64,000 nucleotides of DNA, from IMG/VR virus record IMGVR_UViG_2843291059_000004, positions 1-64,000 of that record, one strand, 5' to 3'. Source of the stretch: a virus (taxonomy: Duplodnaviria; Caudoviricetes). Position numbers and translations under genes: made by a program. This document shows positions 9,686-18,827 of the stretch, in pieces. The stretch's first letter is position 1. The number at the start of each line of letters is the position of its first letter. The notes beneath the pieces are model-generated. The model worked only from the letters and a program-made list of their open reading frames with translations, had not been told where the DNA came from and ran no database searches.

Positions 9686-10135
9686 TTATAGCTCCTTTTT
9701 GAATACGAACGTAATCTCATCATCGTACTCGTTTTCCTCGATGGACTTCGTATACCCATCCAAATCGAACATGTTTTTGAAATATTCCGAAATTCGATTG
9801 TCGTACTTATAACAATAGTATTTGTCAAAAATGCCACAATACCATTTCCAACTGAACCTCCAAAAGTATTTATCTACTGTAAAATAAAGACTGTTATCGG
9901 ATGTGTTTACGTGAAGAATTTTTGGAAGTGCATGGTTTATAATTTTTTCTGTTCGCGTAAAACTCCATTTGGTTAGTTGATTTCTAACCATTTTATACCA
10001 AGCTACGATATACATCAAAGGAACAAAAATTAGGTGCTTAGTATAATAATCTCGATACCGATATCCTTTCGGCTTCTTCTTTGGCTTGTTCTTTTCCTTC
10101 TTTGCCTTCTGAATCATTTTGTCGAATTTATTCAT
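9686..10135 (-). CDS. Hypothetical protein, paralog of 10132..10611
   Basis: Shared KWS..RT..I...A.PK...V.T.DNS motif. Confidence 0.75.
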   Translation of the reverse strand: MNKFDKMIQKAKKEKNKPKKKPKGYRYRDYYTKHLIFVPLMYIVAWYKMVRNQLTKWSFTRTEKIINHALPKILHVNTSDNSLYFTVDKYFWRFSWKWYCGIFDKYYCYKYDNRISEYFKNMFDLDGYTKSIEENEYDDEITFVFKKEL

Positions 10136-10611
10136 AACAGCTCCCTCTTGAATATAACCGTAATCCAGTTATCTGGATAATCCTCTTCTTCCTTTGTTGT
10201 TTTCACATATCCGGGCATTTCAAAATTCCACGCAAGATAATTTAGAATTTCAAGGTTGTGTAAATCGCAATAATACCAGTCCCATGGTCTACTCCATTCC
10301 GACCAGTGAAGAAGATATGCATTATCACGGCAAGTAAGATAAAAACTATTGTCCAAAGTACATACGCTGCACACTTTTGGAAACGCATATCTTAGGATAC
10401 GGTCAGTTCGTTTATCGCTCCACTTATTCAATTTTTTGCGACGGAACCTCTCGACCTTAGTGCGAAATTTTTCGCCCCAATATATAGCAACAAGAAGCGG
10501 ATATAGAAACCAATAAGGTGTTTTAATGTCCATGTTTTTATAATGATAGTATTTTGTGACCTTGGTTTCTTTCTTCTTTTCTTCTTGCAACTTCTTACTA
10601 AGTCTGTCCAT
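10132..10611 (-). CDS. Hypothetical protein, paralog of 9686..10135
   Basis: Same shared motif. Confidence 0.75.
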   Translation of the reverse strand: MDRLSKKLQEEKKKETKVTKYYHYKNMDIKTPYWFLYPLLVAIYWGEKFRTKVERFRRKKLNKWSDKRTDRILRYAFPKVCSVCTLDNSFYLTCRDNAYLLHWSEWSRPWDWYYCDLHNLEILNYLAWNFEMPGYVKTTKEEEDYPDNWITVIFKRELL

Positions 10612-10649
10612 GTATATTTAATCCCACCGACCCACCACTTATACTTTAT

Positions 10650-12845
10650 TTAGTTGTCACTCAGATGAACTACTCGATCTCGAATTTCCTGAGTGCGCCC
10701 CTGATTCCAAAAATGGCTTCCTACGTACCCACAAGTACGCCGTGCGACATTCATTTTATTCTGATCTCGATTGCCACAATTCGGGCACTCCCACACCAGC
10801 TTGCCGTTGTCCTCCACGATCTTGATCTCGCCGTCATAACCGCACACCTGACAGTAGTCGGACTTGGTGTTTAACTCGGCGTACATGATGTTGTCGTAGA
10901 TGAATTTCATAACGCTAATTACGGCAGGAATATTCTGCTGCATATTAGGAACTTCAACATAGCTAATGGCACCGCCCGGAGAAAGCTTCTGGAACTCACT
11001 CTCAAACTTCAGCTTTGTGAATGCATCAATATGTTCACGAACATTGACATGGTAAGAATTGGTAATATACTCATGATCAGTTACTTCAGGAATAATGCCA
11101 AAGCGCTTCTGCAGGCACTTGGCAAACTTGTAGGTGGTGGATTCCAGCGGAGTGCCGTAGAGGGAGTAATCCATGTTCTCGGCCTTTTTCCACTCTGCGC
11201 ACATATCATTCATGTGCTGCATAATTTCAAGAGCGAACGGTTTTGCTTCAGAATCGGTGTGGCTCTTGCCAGTCATATACTTCACGCACTCATACAGACC
11301 GGCGTAACCCAAGCTGATGGTGGAGTAGCCGCCAAAGAGTAGCTTGTCAATCTTTTCGCCCTTCTTTAGACGAGCTAGTGCTCCATACTGCCAATGAATA
11401 GGACTCATGTCAGAAACAGTTCCGAGTAAACGCTTATGTCGAATCTGAAGTGCTCGATGGCACAATTCAAGACGCTCATCAAAAATCTTCCAGAATTTAT
11501 CTTTGTCTTTTTCAGAGCTACAAGCCACGTCCACCAGATTGATGGTGACCACACCCTGATTGAAGCGACCATAATATTTATGACCCTTTACCCAATTCTT
11601 TGCGTTAGCCACATTCTCAGTGGTCCGGTCAGGCGTTAGGAATGATCTACACCCCATGCTGACCCACACACCGCCTTTAAGTTCCTTCATAACCTTTGCG
11701 GAAATGTAATCGGGAACCATACGCTTTGCAGTACACTTAGCAGCCAGCTCCGTCAGGTAATAGTATTTAGAATCAGGATAAATATTATCCTCATCGAGAA
11801 CGTAAATCAGCTTCGGGAACGCAGGAGTAATCCATGCTCCGGTTTCATTTTTAACGCCCTGAATACGCTGTTTTAGCATTTCTTCAATGATAACAGCCAA
11901 GTCATCACGAGTCTGTCCTTCAGGAACTTCATCCAGATACATGAATACGGTAATGAAAGGAGCCTGACCATTGGTTGTCATCAACGTAATCACCTGATAC
12001 TGGATAGTTTGAACACCACGAGCGATTTCTTTATGTAAACGTTCTTCAACAATGCGATTGATGGTTTCCTTTTCTGGCATCTTATCAATCTCATTGTTTT
12101 GGACCATATCGTAGAACTCCTGATGGACTTCCTTCTCGATTTTCTTACGAGAAACATCTACAAACGGAGCCAGATGAGATAAAGTAATACTCTGTCCACC
12201 GTATTGGTTAGAAGCCACCTGAGCAACGATCTGCGTAGCGATATTACAGGCTGTGGAGAAGCTGTGCGGTCGATCAATTCCAGTCCCGGAGATGACAGTA
12301 CCGTTCTGCAGCATATCCTCAAGGTTCACCAGATCACAATTATGCATGTGCTGAACGAAATAATCAGTGTCATGTACATGAATGATACCAGCCTTATGCG
12401 CATCCAGAATATCTTTCGGAAGCAACAGCCGCTCTGTCAATTCTTTGGATACCTCGCCAGCCATATAATCGCGCTGGACGCTGTTTACAGTAGGGTTCTT
12501 ATTACTATTCTCCTGATTGATTGCATCGTTCCGAATATCGATGATATCCAAAATGCTTGCATTAGTCTTTTCCTTTTCTCGGATTTCTTGACGATATTTA
12601 CGCCACTGACTATACGCTTCTGCTACATCTGCAAAAGGACTATTTTTCAGACTGTCAACCACAATATCCTGAATCTGCTCAACCGATAGGATGTCAGGCA
12701 TATCAGCAATATAGTCAGCGATTGCATTGGATACACGAGCGTCGATACCACCAGGCGTACAGGTCATCGCCTTCTCAATCGCATTTACAATCTTACTCTT
12801 ATCAAAAGGAACTTTCGTTCCATCGCGTTTAATTACACATTCCAT
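10650..12845 (-). CDS. nrdD: Anaerobic ribonucleoside-triphosphate reductase (class III)
   Basis: ATP-cone VIKRDG, SMGCRSF, YTNS-like YITNS, CQVCG/CPNCG, RRTCGY glycyl-radical motif; start refined to MECVIKRDG. Confidence 0.96.
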   Translation of the reverse strand: MECVIKRDGTKVPFDKSKIVNAIEKAMTCTPGGIDARVSNAIADYIADMPDILSVEQIQDIVVDSLKNSPFADVAEAYSQWRKYRQEIREKEKTNASILDIIDIRNDAINQENSNKNPTVNSVQRDYMAGEVSKELTERLLLPKDILDAHKAGIIHVHDTDYFVQHMHNCDLVNLEDMLQNGTVISGTGIDRPHSFSTACNIATQIVAQVASNQYGGQSITLSHLAPFVDVSRKKIEKEVHQEFYDMVQNNEIDKMPEKETINRIVEERLHKEIARGVQTIQYQVITLMTTNGQAPFITVFMYLDEVPEGQTRDDLAVIIEEMLKQRIQGVKNETGAWITPAFPKLIYVLDEDNIYPDSKYYYLTELAAKCTAKRMVPDYISAKVMKELKGGVWVSMGCRSFLTPDRTTENVANAKNWVKGHKYYGRFNQGVVTINLVDVACSSEKDKDKFWKIFDERLELCHRALQIRHKRLLGTVSDMSPIHWQYGALARLKKGEKIDKLLFGGYSTISLGYAGLYECVKYMTGKSHTDSEAKPFALEIMQHMNDMCAEWKKAENMDYSLYGTPLESTTYKFAKCLQKRFGIIPEVTDHEYITNSYHVNVREHIDAFTKLKFESEFQKLSPGGAISYVEVPNMQQNIPAVISVMKFIYDNIMYAELNTKSDYCQVCGYDGEIKIVEDNGKLVWECPNCGNRDQNKMNVARRTCGYVGSHFWNQGRTQEIRDRVVHLSDN

Positions 12846-12856
12846 GCAATCACCTC

Positions 12857-13663
12857 TTAATCTTCCAACCAACGATTTTCGGCCACATAAAAAACTCCTA
12901 CCACAGCTACAATCAATGCGATCCAGAATACATAAAACCAAACCACTCGTGTACTAACTGCAGAAATCATATAATCTCGTGTTTCTTCAATGTTTTTATC
13001 TTTAATGAACCGTGCATTATGTATAGTTTTATCGCTCAAATTCGCGTATAATGTACCATCATAACGAACATCTTTAACATAAAACTCGAATTTCACATGA
13101 GAACTGACTTGTACAGTTGTCAGGTACTTGCTGGATGGCATTTTGATGTCACCATACTTGAATTCTTTGCCCAGAAACGTTATATTTTTGGAGCTGTGTT
13201 CTTCTGAACTGTAATAATCCCAAGTCCAGTACGTTTCGACTCTTGTTTTTGTATGGCCTTTGCTATCCGTAGTAGTGACAGTTCGTGTATGCATCGTGTA
13301 ATGCTTTTCTTCGCAATATATATACATCCACTGACCGTCGATACGTGGATCGCTTACGGTATCTACTGCTTCTAGTGCGCCTTGGCAAAACGCATTACCT
13401 ACGTTGGTTCTCATTCCATAATCGAACATATTTTCGGACTCAATCGAAATTGCTGTATTATATTCTTTTTTCTGCTCAAGTGAATCTCTGGTGATATTTC
13501 CAGCGATAACGCTACCAAGTATCAGCATAATGAACACAATACCAACACTGACGATCAATTCACGATAAGTAATTTCGGCATTACCGATTTTCAAAAAGGT
13601 TACCGACTGCCGGTGCCGCCTCATTCCCCTCATAGGACAGATACTCATAATTCTGAACCTCAT
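12857..13663 (-). CDS. Membrane protein associated with LemA
   Basis: N- and C-terminal TM helices; true start probably near 13595. Confidence 0.75.
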   Translation of the reverse strand: MRFRIMSICPMRGMRRHRQSVTFLKIGNAEITYRELIVSVGIVFIMLILGSVIAGNITRDSLEQKKEYNTAISIESENMFDYGMRTNVGNAFCQGALEAVDTVSDPRIDGQWMYIYCEEKHYTMHTRTVTTTDSKGHTKTRVETYWTWDYYSSEEHSSKNITFLGKEFKYGDIKMPSSKYLTTVQVSSHVKFEFYVKDVRYDGTLYANLSDKTIHNARFIKDKNIEETRDYMISAVSTRVVWFYVFWIALIVAVVGVFYVAENRWLED

Positions 13664-14138
13664 ATCCAGTCAGACCCAGCAGAAAGGAGTTCGGAAACTT
13701 ACGAACGCTCTGCTTATATTCCTTCACGACACGATTGTAATCGCCACGATAGTTTGCAATCAAATTTTCAGTGACGGATAGCTCATTCATAAGCTCCTTG
13801 TAGTTGTCGCTAGACTTCAGTTCAGGATATGCTTCCGCAATAGCTGCAATCTGAGTTGTAATCTCTTGAGCGGTCTGGCCGGAAGTGCCACGAGCATTTA
13901 CAACATCCATCAAAGTCTGATACTCATGTTGGTCATAAGCCTTGACGGTTTCAACCAGATTTGGAATCAGATCAGCTCTGCGCTTCTCTTGATTTCCAAT
14001 GCCAGACTTAGCTTCCTGAATCTGCTCTTCATAAGAGATGGCCGTGTTCTTAGGCCCCTGCACCATAAAGGTCATGCCAAGAATGGAAATCAACACGACA
14101 CAAATAACGATAATAGGTAACTTCCAGTTGTATCTCAT
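13581..14138 (-). CDS. lemA: LemA family protein
   Basis: N-terminal TM, RRADLIPNLVETVK, AEAYPELKS, ENLIA..R..YN..V..Y...VRKFP. Confidence 0.9.
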   Translation of the reverse strand: MRYNWKLPIIVICVVLISILGMTFMVQGPKNTAISYEEQIQEAKSGIGNQEKRRADLIPNLVETVKAYDQHEYQTLMDVVNARGTSGQTAQEITTQIAAIAEAYPELKSSDNYKELMNELSVTENLIANYRGDYNRVVKEYKQSVRKFPNSFLLGLTGYEVQNYEYLSYEGNEAAPAVGNLFENR

Positions 14139-14151
14139 TTATGTAAACCTC

Positions 14152-14706
14152 TTAAAACTTGACATCATCGGCATAGACTTTAGAGTTCAGCATCGAATGG
14201 TCAACCTTATTAACTCCTTTGTTATTTGGAGACATAGTATCATTATGAGCGCTCGGAACCACAGCAGTTTCAATACTGCACGTCGGCTCTGCCAGTTTTT
14301 CTTTAAATGAATCATCAGGACGATAAACCAAATCATGGCAGACACCGCCGAGATTTGGATCATAAAAATAATCGTTAATGTCCTTCTTTGGCATCGTAGT
14401 CAGCTTATCAGCGACCTCACTAGGAACTTTCTTTAGCGTATCTACGACACTTTCAGCAACCTTCTGCTGTTCCTCTAAAAGCCGGATTTTATAGTCCAAA
14501 TACCAACGTGCCTTCGTCAAATCTTGAAGCTGAGAATTGCCATCTTTGTGTCCTGCCCGGCTCAGATATTTACCAACATTCCAAAGATAAGCATCTTTAT
14601 CCAGCTGCCACTCTCGCAGCACTTTGATGGCCTCATAGGGATTGTCTGCACCGCCGTAATGGGACGGGTGCTCGACGTTCTTCTTAATTTCGTCAAGTGT
14701 TTCCAT
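14152..14706 (-). CDS. DUF3310-family protein (T7 gp1.7 nucleotide kinase-like)
   Basis: VEHPSHY, NVGKYLSRAGHK, QDLTKARWYLD. Confidence 0.8.
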   Translation of the reverse strand: METLDEIKKNVEHPSHYGGADNPYEAIKVLREWQLDKDAYLWNVGKYLSRAGHKDGNSQLQDLTKARWYLDYKIRLLEEQQKVAESVVDTLKKVPSEVADKLTTMPKKDINDYFYDPNLGGVCHDLVYRPDDSFKEKLAEPTCSIETAVVPSAHNDTMSPNNKGVNKVDHSMLNSKVYADDVKF

Positions 14707-15409
14707 CAATAACCTCCTTGTTCTTTTCAATAGGCTTATAAACATCTGCCAGCTTCGGGTGACGGCCACAGCAACCACGACCCTCTGGGCAGAACGGATA
14801 CTTCGGATTAGCCTCGCAGGAAGGAACCATCCAATTTGCTACTTCAGGACAAACCTGTGCAACTTCCTTCTTCATTTCTGTAAACATCTCGCGGATTTCT
14901 TTTTGAGCCCTGGAGCAAAGCCGCAGATGACTCATTTCAATTAGGGCACGAGCGTTCATCGTGATGTAGAATTCTGTACAGCAAGCATTTGGCAGAACTG
15001 CACGGGCGTCTTCGTTTTTGGCGTTGTGATACTTCTTGAGAATCTGATAATCGGTGTCAATGTCCGACATCATATTATCGAAAATATCAGCATCTTCACC
15101 GGTAAACGGATTCACATACTTGAATCCATCCTCACTGCAATAACGCTGGCTGCGGCAGCTCATGCTAATATGTCGATGACGACTAATCTGCGCCAGAAGT
15201 GCTCGGCTTACATCTTTGACGTAAAACGTAAAATTGATGTGCTCAAGCACAGAATAGTGACCGCTTGCCTTACATCCCTTGGCAATCTTATAATCGTCAG
15301 TCATTGAAGAATCGTAACAAATACTCGCAGCTTCCTCCACAATATCTAAAGGATTCTTATCACTTGTAGGAACAACTCGCTGTGTGTACGCGATCAAATC
15401 AACAATCAT
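14693..15409 (-). CDS. thyX: FAD-dependent thymidylate synthase
   Basis: GHYSVLEH, RHRHISMSCRSQRY (RHRx7SxR), EDARAVLPN, RAQKEIR. Confidence 0.95.
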   Translation of the reverse strand: MIVDLIAYTQRVVPTSDKNPLDIVEEAASICYDSSMTDDYKIAKGCKASGHYSVLEHINFTFYVKDVSRALLAQISRHRHISMSCRSQRYCSEDGFKYVNPFTGEDADIFDNMMSDIDTDYQILKKYHNAKNEDARAVLPNACCTEFYITMNARALIEMSHLRLCSRAQKEIREMFTEMKKEVAQVCPEVANWMVPSCEANPKYPFCPEGRGCCGRHPKLADVYKPIEKNKEVIDGNT

Positions 15410-15419
15410 TCAACTCTCC

Positions 15420-15644
15420 TTAATACTCGTCCTGCCAGTTTTCAGGAATGTCATTCTCACCAATTACGATACAATTTTTAGGTGCAACATTTAAAGTGTA
15501 CTTTCCATCTTGAACTTTAATCATTACATTCATAATGGCGACAACTTTATGAATACTCCAAAGAACTCCTCGACCTTTTCGAGTTCTAGCTCTAAGAACT
15601 GTGTCGCCAACATGAATTTCTCTGTTAAGAATATCGGTTACCAT
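15420..15644 (-). CDS. Hypothetical protein
   Basis: AGGAGG RBS. Confidence 0.7.
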   Translation of the reverse strand: MVTDILNREIHVGDTVLRARTRKGRGVLWSIHKVVAIMNVMIKVQDGKYTLNVAPKNCIVIGENDIPENWQDEY

Positions 15645-15803
15645 TTAATCCTCCTTTACTTTAGAAGTGCAAACTTAAACCAATCTGGAAAACTGGATAC
15701 TGAAATACCATATTTGATAAGGCAAGACAGCAGCCACAACACAATCATGATTCCGACCGCAATAAGATAATCCTTAAAAATCTTAATGAAAGCGATCCAC
15801 ATC

Positions 15804-16007
15804 TTAATCCTGTCTCTCATTTACCTCACCTCTTTCAATCAACTCATCCACAGTAACCTCTCCACAGAGAACCTGTTTAAGCTGCTCTTCTGACAACTGA
15901 TATGTAATCGGCTCTCCACACTCGACAGGATATCGAGCTAAGGTCCTATAATACTCTGCAAGGGCTCGTTCCTTACGACCCTGCTCACGATGGTCAATAC
16001 CAATCAT
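15804..16007 (-). CDS. Hypothetical protein
   Basis: Coupled ORF. Confidence 0.6.
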   Translation of the reverse strand: MIGIDHREQGRKERALAEYYRTLARYPVECGEPITYQLSEEQLKQVLCGEVTVDELIERGEVNERQD

Positions 16008-16249
16008 ATCACCCCACCCCCTTCCTCAAGTTTTTCGCTCTTACCAGTCACGACATATACATCATCTTCAAGGTCTTCTTTGGGAATCATGACAATGTTT
16101 AACATTTTCCTGAATGATTCATTATCAGTTACGATAAAATAAAAAAATTCAGTTTCTGAAACTACTTCGCATGTAGTTCCTCTTTGAAGCCGAACGACTT
16201 CATCTATGCCAACATCTGCATAATAGTCCGTCCTGAAGTACATTCTCAT
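16004..16249 (-). CDS. Hypothetical protein
   Basis: Coupled ORF. Confidence 0.6.
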   Translation of the reverse strand: MRMYFRTDYYADVGIDEVVRLQRGTTCEVVSETEFFYFIVTDNESFRKMLNIVMIPKEDLEDDVYVVTGKSEKLEEGGGVI

Positions 16250-16596
16250 TAGGACTCCTTGTAGGGTTCCATATCACCCTTCCAAATCTGGAAATAAGGA
16301 TGTGCGTCAATGCCGTAAACCTGACCCTTCATGCCGGTACTGGTAATCTTGTAAGGTTTTCCGTCTTCAAGGCTATTGATAAAGTCCTGATACTGAGGAC
16401 TCATCTTAAAGAAATCCTTCTTGCCCTGAATCCTCTTTACCTTAATGGTGACCTCATCACCAATCTTGGGTTCCCATTCCTCTACTGGCATTCCAGCCAG
16501 AAAGTCAGGGCCACCAGCCTTCTTGATTCTCCGGGCAAGGATTCGTGCCTTACGCTGCTCTCTGCGCCGGTCTTCTCGATTCATCGAATTACTCAT
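16249..16596 (-). CDS. Hypothetical protein
   Basis: Coupled ORF, AAAGGA RBS. Confidence 0.65.
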   Translation of the reverse strand: MSNSMNREDRRREQRKARILARRIKKAGGPDFLAGMPVEEWEPKIGDEVTIKVKRIQGKKDFFKMSPQYQDFINSLEDGKPYKITSTGMKGQVYGIDAHPYFQIWKGDMEPYKES

Positions 16597-16828
16597 ATTC
16601 TGTTCCTTTCAGCTTATCAAAGTAGGGATCGCCGTCTCGCTTCTCTAATAAGTTGAGCTCCCCGGCGGAGCCTACAGAATACAAACGAAAATTTTTAAAA
16701 ATCTCAGCACCTTTAATAGTGGCTAGAGATGTAATTATGTACAATATATTGTGTTCTTCTGTGCCATCGGTAAGTTGAACTTCAAGTCGTTCTTTCTTTT
16801 GGATAGCTAGTTTTCGGAAGTCGTTCAT
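16589..16828 (-). CDS. Hypothetical protein
   Basis: GGAGG RBS. Confidence 0.6.
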   Translation of the reverse strand: MNDFRKLAIQKKERLEVQLTDGTEEHNILYIITSLATIKGAEIFKNFRLYSVGSAGELNLLEKRDGDPYFDKLKGTEYE

Positions 16829-17044
16829 TTATTCCTCCGGCATAGAATACGCCTTGGCATTCATTCGATGGCAGTCAAAAATATTTCCGATAATCTCGTA
16901 GCATCTTGACGCAGTATTATAGCTACCAAGAACAATTCCGCGTTCACCCATACCTTGCCTTGCGTAAACATTAAGGTTTGCGGCATCAATGATTGCCATG
17001 CGGTCAAGATTTATAATTTCTCCGCCTTGCGTTAAAAGTAGCAT
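16829..17044 (-). CDS. Hypothetical protein
   Basis: GAGG RBS before MLLLTQGG. Confidence 0.6.
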   Translation of the reverse strand: MLLLTQGGEIINLDRMAIIDAANLNVYARQGMGERGIVLGSYNTASRCYEIIGNIFDCHRMNAKAYSMPEE

Positions 17045-17054
17045 TTTAAATACC

Positions 17055-17327
17055 TCACAAATCAGCAAGCTGTGCGGGAGACCAGATATCTGGAATATCC
17101 CAATCTTCTTCCGATTTTCCATTATAAATTCCGTAGAAATATCCTTCGGACGGTACATAGATGATTCGTTGCCAGCCATTCATTCCATGTGACTTCTTTG
17201 GCTCAAAATCACGAGTCAAAATTTTACGTCCACCACTACTATAAGCAGATGCCTTTGTAGAAATTTCGACACATTTGTTATCCAGAATCCGAAGAATGTG
17301 TTTAATTGACTTCTTGGAAAGATTCAT
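17055..17327 (-). CDS. Hypothetical protein
   Basis: AAGGAG RBS. Confidence 0.65.
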   Translation of the reverse strand: MNLSKKSIKHILRILDNKCVEISTKASAYSSGGRKILTRDFEPKKSHGMNGWQRIIYVPSEGYFYGIYNGKSEEDWDIPDIWSPAQLADL

Positions 17328-17336
17328 AACTTCTCC

Positions 17337-18650
17337 TTAGCCGTAACTCACTTCATTCTTATCGTTTCGGAATCGCACAAATGTCGGGAATTGCAGAGAC
17401 TCAAGGCCAGTCTTTTTGTCCATCGTGACCTCTTTGTACTTACATTCCACAATCTTGCCGATGTAATCATCAGGATTTGCCCACACAGCAGCTCTCGTGG
17501 AATCATCAAAGCCAGAACCCACTCGAAGTTCGTTACCTTTATAATCAACGACCAGAGCGCCCATCGTACCAGCCAGCCGATTCTGTCCTTCCTCGATTGC
17601 AGTAATGCGAAGGTCAACCGTGTAGAAACGCTTAACTTTTAGGCAACCATTGTGACGTTTACGGCGGTATGGAACATTTCGGTTAATAACAAGCCCTTCC
17701 CAATCATGCTGAACAGCGTAGTCAAGCCACTCATCAATCTTAGAATGGTCAGTTCCTTCGTAAACCATTTCAACGACTTCAATATTGTCGGTTCCGGTTC
17801 TCCAAAGCCTTTCCTTTAAATCTAAGAGACGCTTCTTGCGAACTTCGTATCGTTCAGTGCAGCTATCAGTCAAAAACTGATTTTCTGGAACCATGTCAAA
17901 AACAACGAATTTGATGCAACTCTTATCTGCTGTGTCGCTGTTTAAAATCCCTGTGCCAGTTACAAAATTTTGATTATCCGATAGTCCATCCACATTCTTG
18001 CGAATCAGTTCTCCGTCGAATACATATCCTAGGTACCAAAGATTTTCAAGATCTCTAATGATATGGTCAAGCCCGGTAAACGCTTGCGCCTGTCTGGAAA
18101 TCAATTGACCATTGATGTAGGTGCCACGGCATCCATTGAGTTTGCGAGAGGCAAAAATTTTTTCGTTAGGCTTCAGCTTCACCTTATCAATCGGATATCC
18201 CTGCTGGACTTCCCAGACAGGAATAATTTCCTCGCCGTATACCTTGTTGATGGTAGCTGCCTCAACGCCAAGCGGAAGATTCTTGGTAAACAGCCGCTTT
18301 AGAAACTCTTCGTGCTCGGGATTTTTATGTAAATAGTTCTGGATTGTTGCGATGGATGCGTCAGAACCAGTGTTGTGACCAGCACCCATAATATAAAGGT
18401 ATCCACAACTGAGATACTGGATATCAATCTCAGGTTTGGTATTCACCTGCTTATTGATTTTTGCATCCGAAAGTCCTGTTACGATTGACGGGTCGAGAAG
18501 GAACTTGAAGAATGCCATCAACTCGTCAGCTTCAGTCCTAAAATCCTTTCGTACATCCAGCAAAATGCGGGTCTTGTCTGTCTTTTTCTTCGTGCTCTGC
18601 AATGCCTTTACCATCGCGTCGAGCTTACCTATGAGCTCTTTATCTGTCAT
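17337..18650 (-). CDS. ATP-dependent DNA ligase
   Basis: KLNGCR (motif I), FDGEL, FDM, EGLVI, LKVK, OB-fold VGSG and FPTFVRFRNDK. Confidence 0.92.
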   Translation of the reverse strand: MTDKELIGKLDAMVKALQSTKKKTDKTRILLDVRKDFRTEADELMAFFKFLLDPSIVTGLSDAKINKQVNTKPEIDIQYLSCGYLYIMGAGHNTGSDASIATIQNYLHKNPEHEEFLKRLFTKNLPLGVEAATINKVYGEEIIPVWEVQQGYPIDKVKLKPNEKIFASRKLNGCRGTYINGQLISRQAQAFTGLDHIIRDLENLWYLGYVFDGELIRKNVDGLSDNQNFVTGTGILNSDTADKSCIKFVVFDMVPENQFLTDSCTERYEVRKKRLLDLKERLWRTGTDNIEVVEMVYEGTDHSKIDEWLDYAVQHDWEGLVINRNVPYRRKRHNGCLKVKRFYTVDLRITAIEEGQNRLAGTMGALVVDYKGNELRVGSGFDDSTRAAVWANPDDYIGKIVECKYKEVTMDKKTGLESLQFPTFVRFRNDKNEVSYG

Positions 18651-18691
18651 AAAGCCTCCTTGCGTATCCTGTGTTATATGGTTATAATGAA

Positions 18692-18730
18692 TAAAGAAAG
18701 GCTTGCCATTACGAGCAAGCCATTTCTTTC
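18692..18730. terminator. Terminator-like hairpin in ligase leader
   Basis: aagaaaggcttgc-cattacga-gcaagccatttctt inverted repeat. Confidence 0.55.
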
Positions 18731-18798
18731 TCGTATCCTGTATTATATAGCTAAAGAGAGAATTTTAAGCCTCCGAGATAGAGACTTTTTATAGCTAT

Positions 18799-18827
18799 AT
18801 TATACAGGATACTCATATAATTGTCAA
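18799..18827 (-). promoter_or_regulatory. Consensus sigma-A promoter overlapping 21-bp operator
   Basis: TTGACA-17bp-TATAAT on minus strand. Confidence 0.85.
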
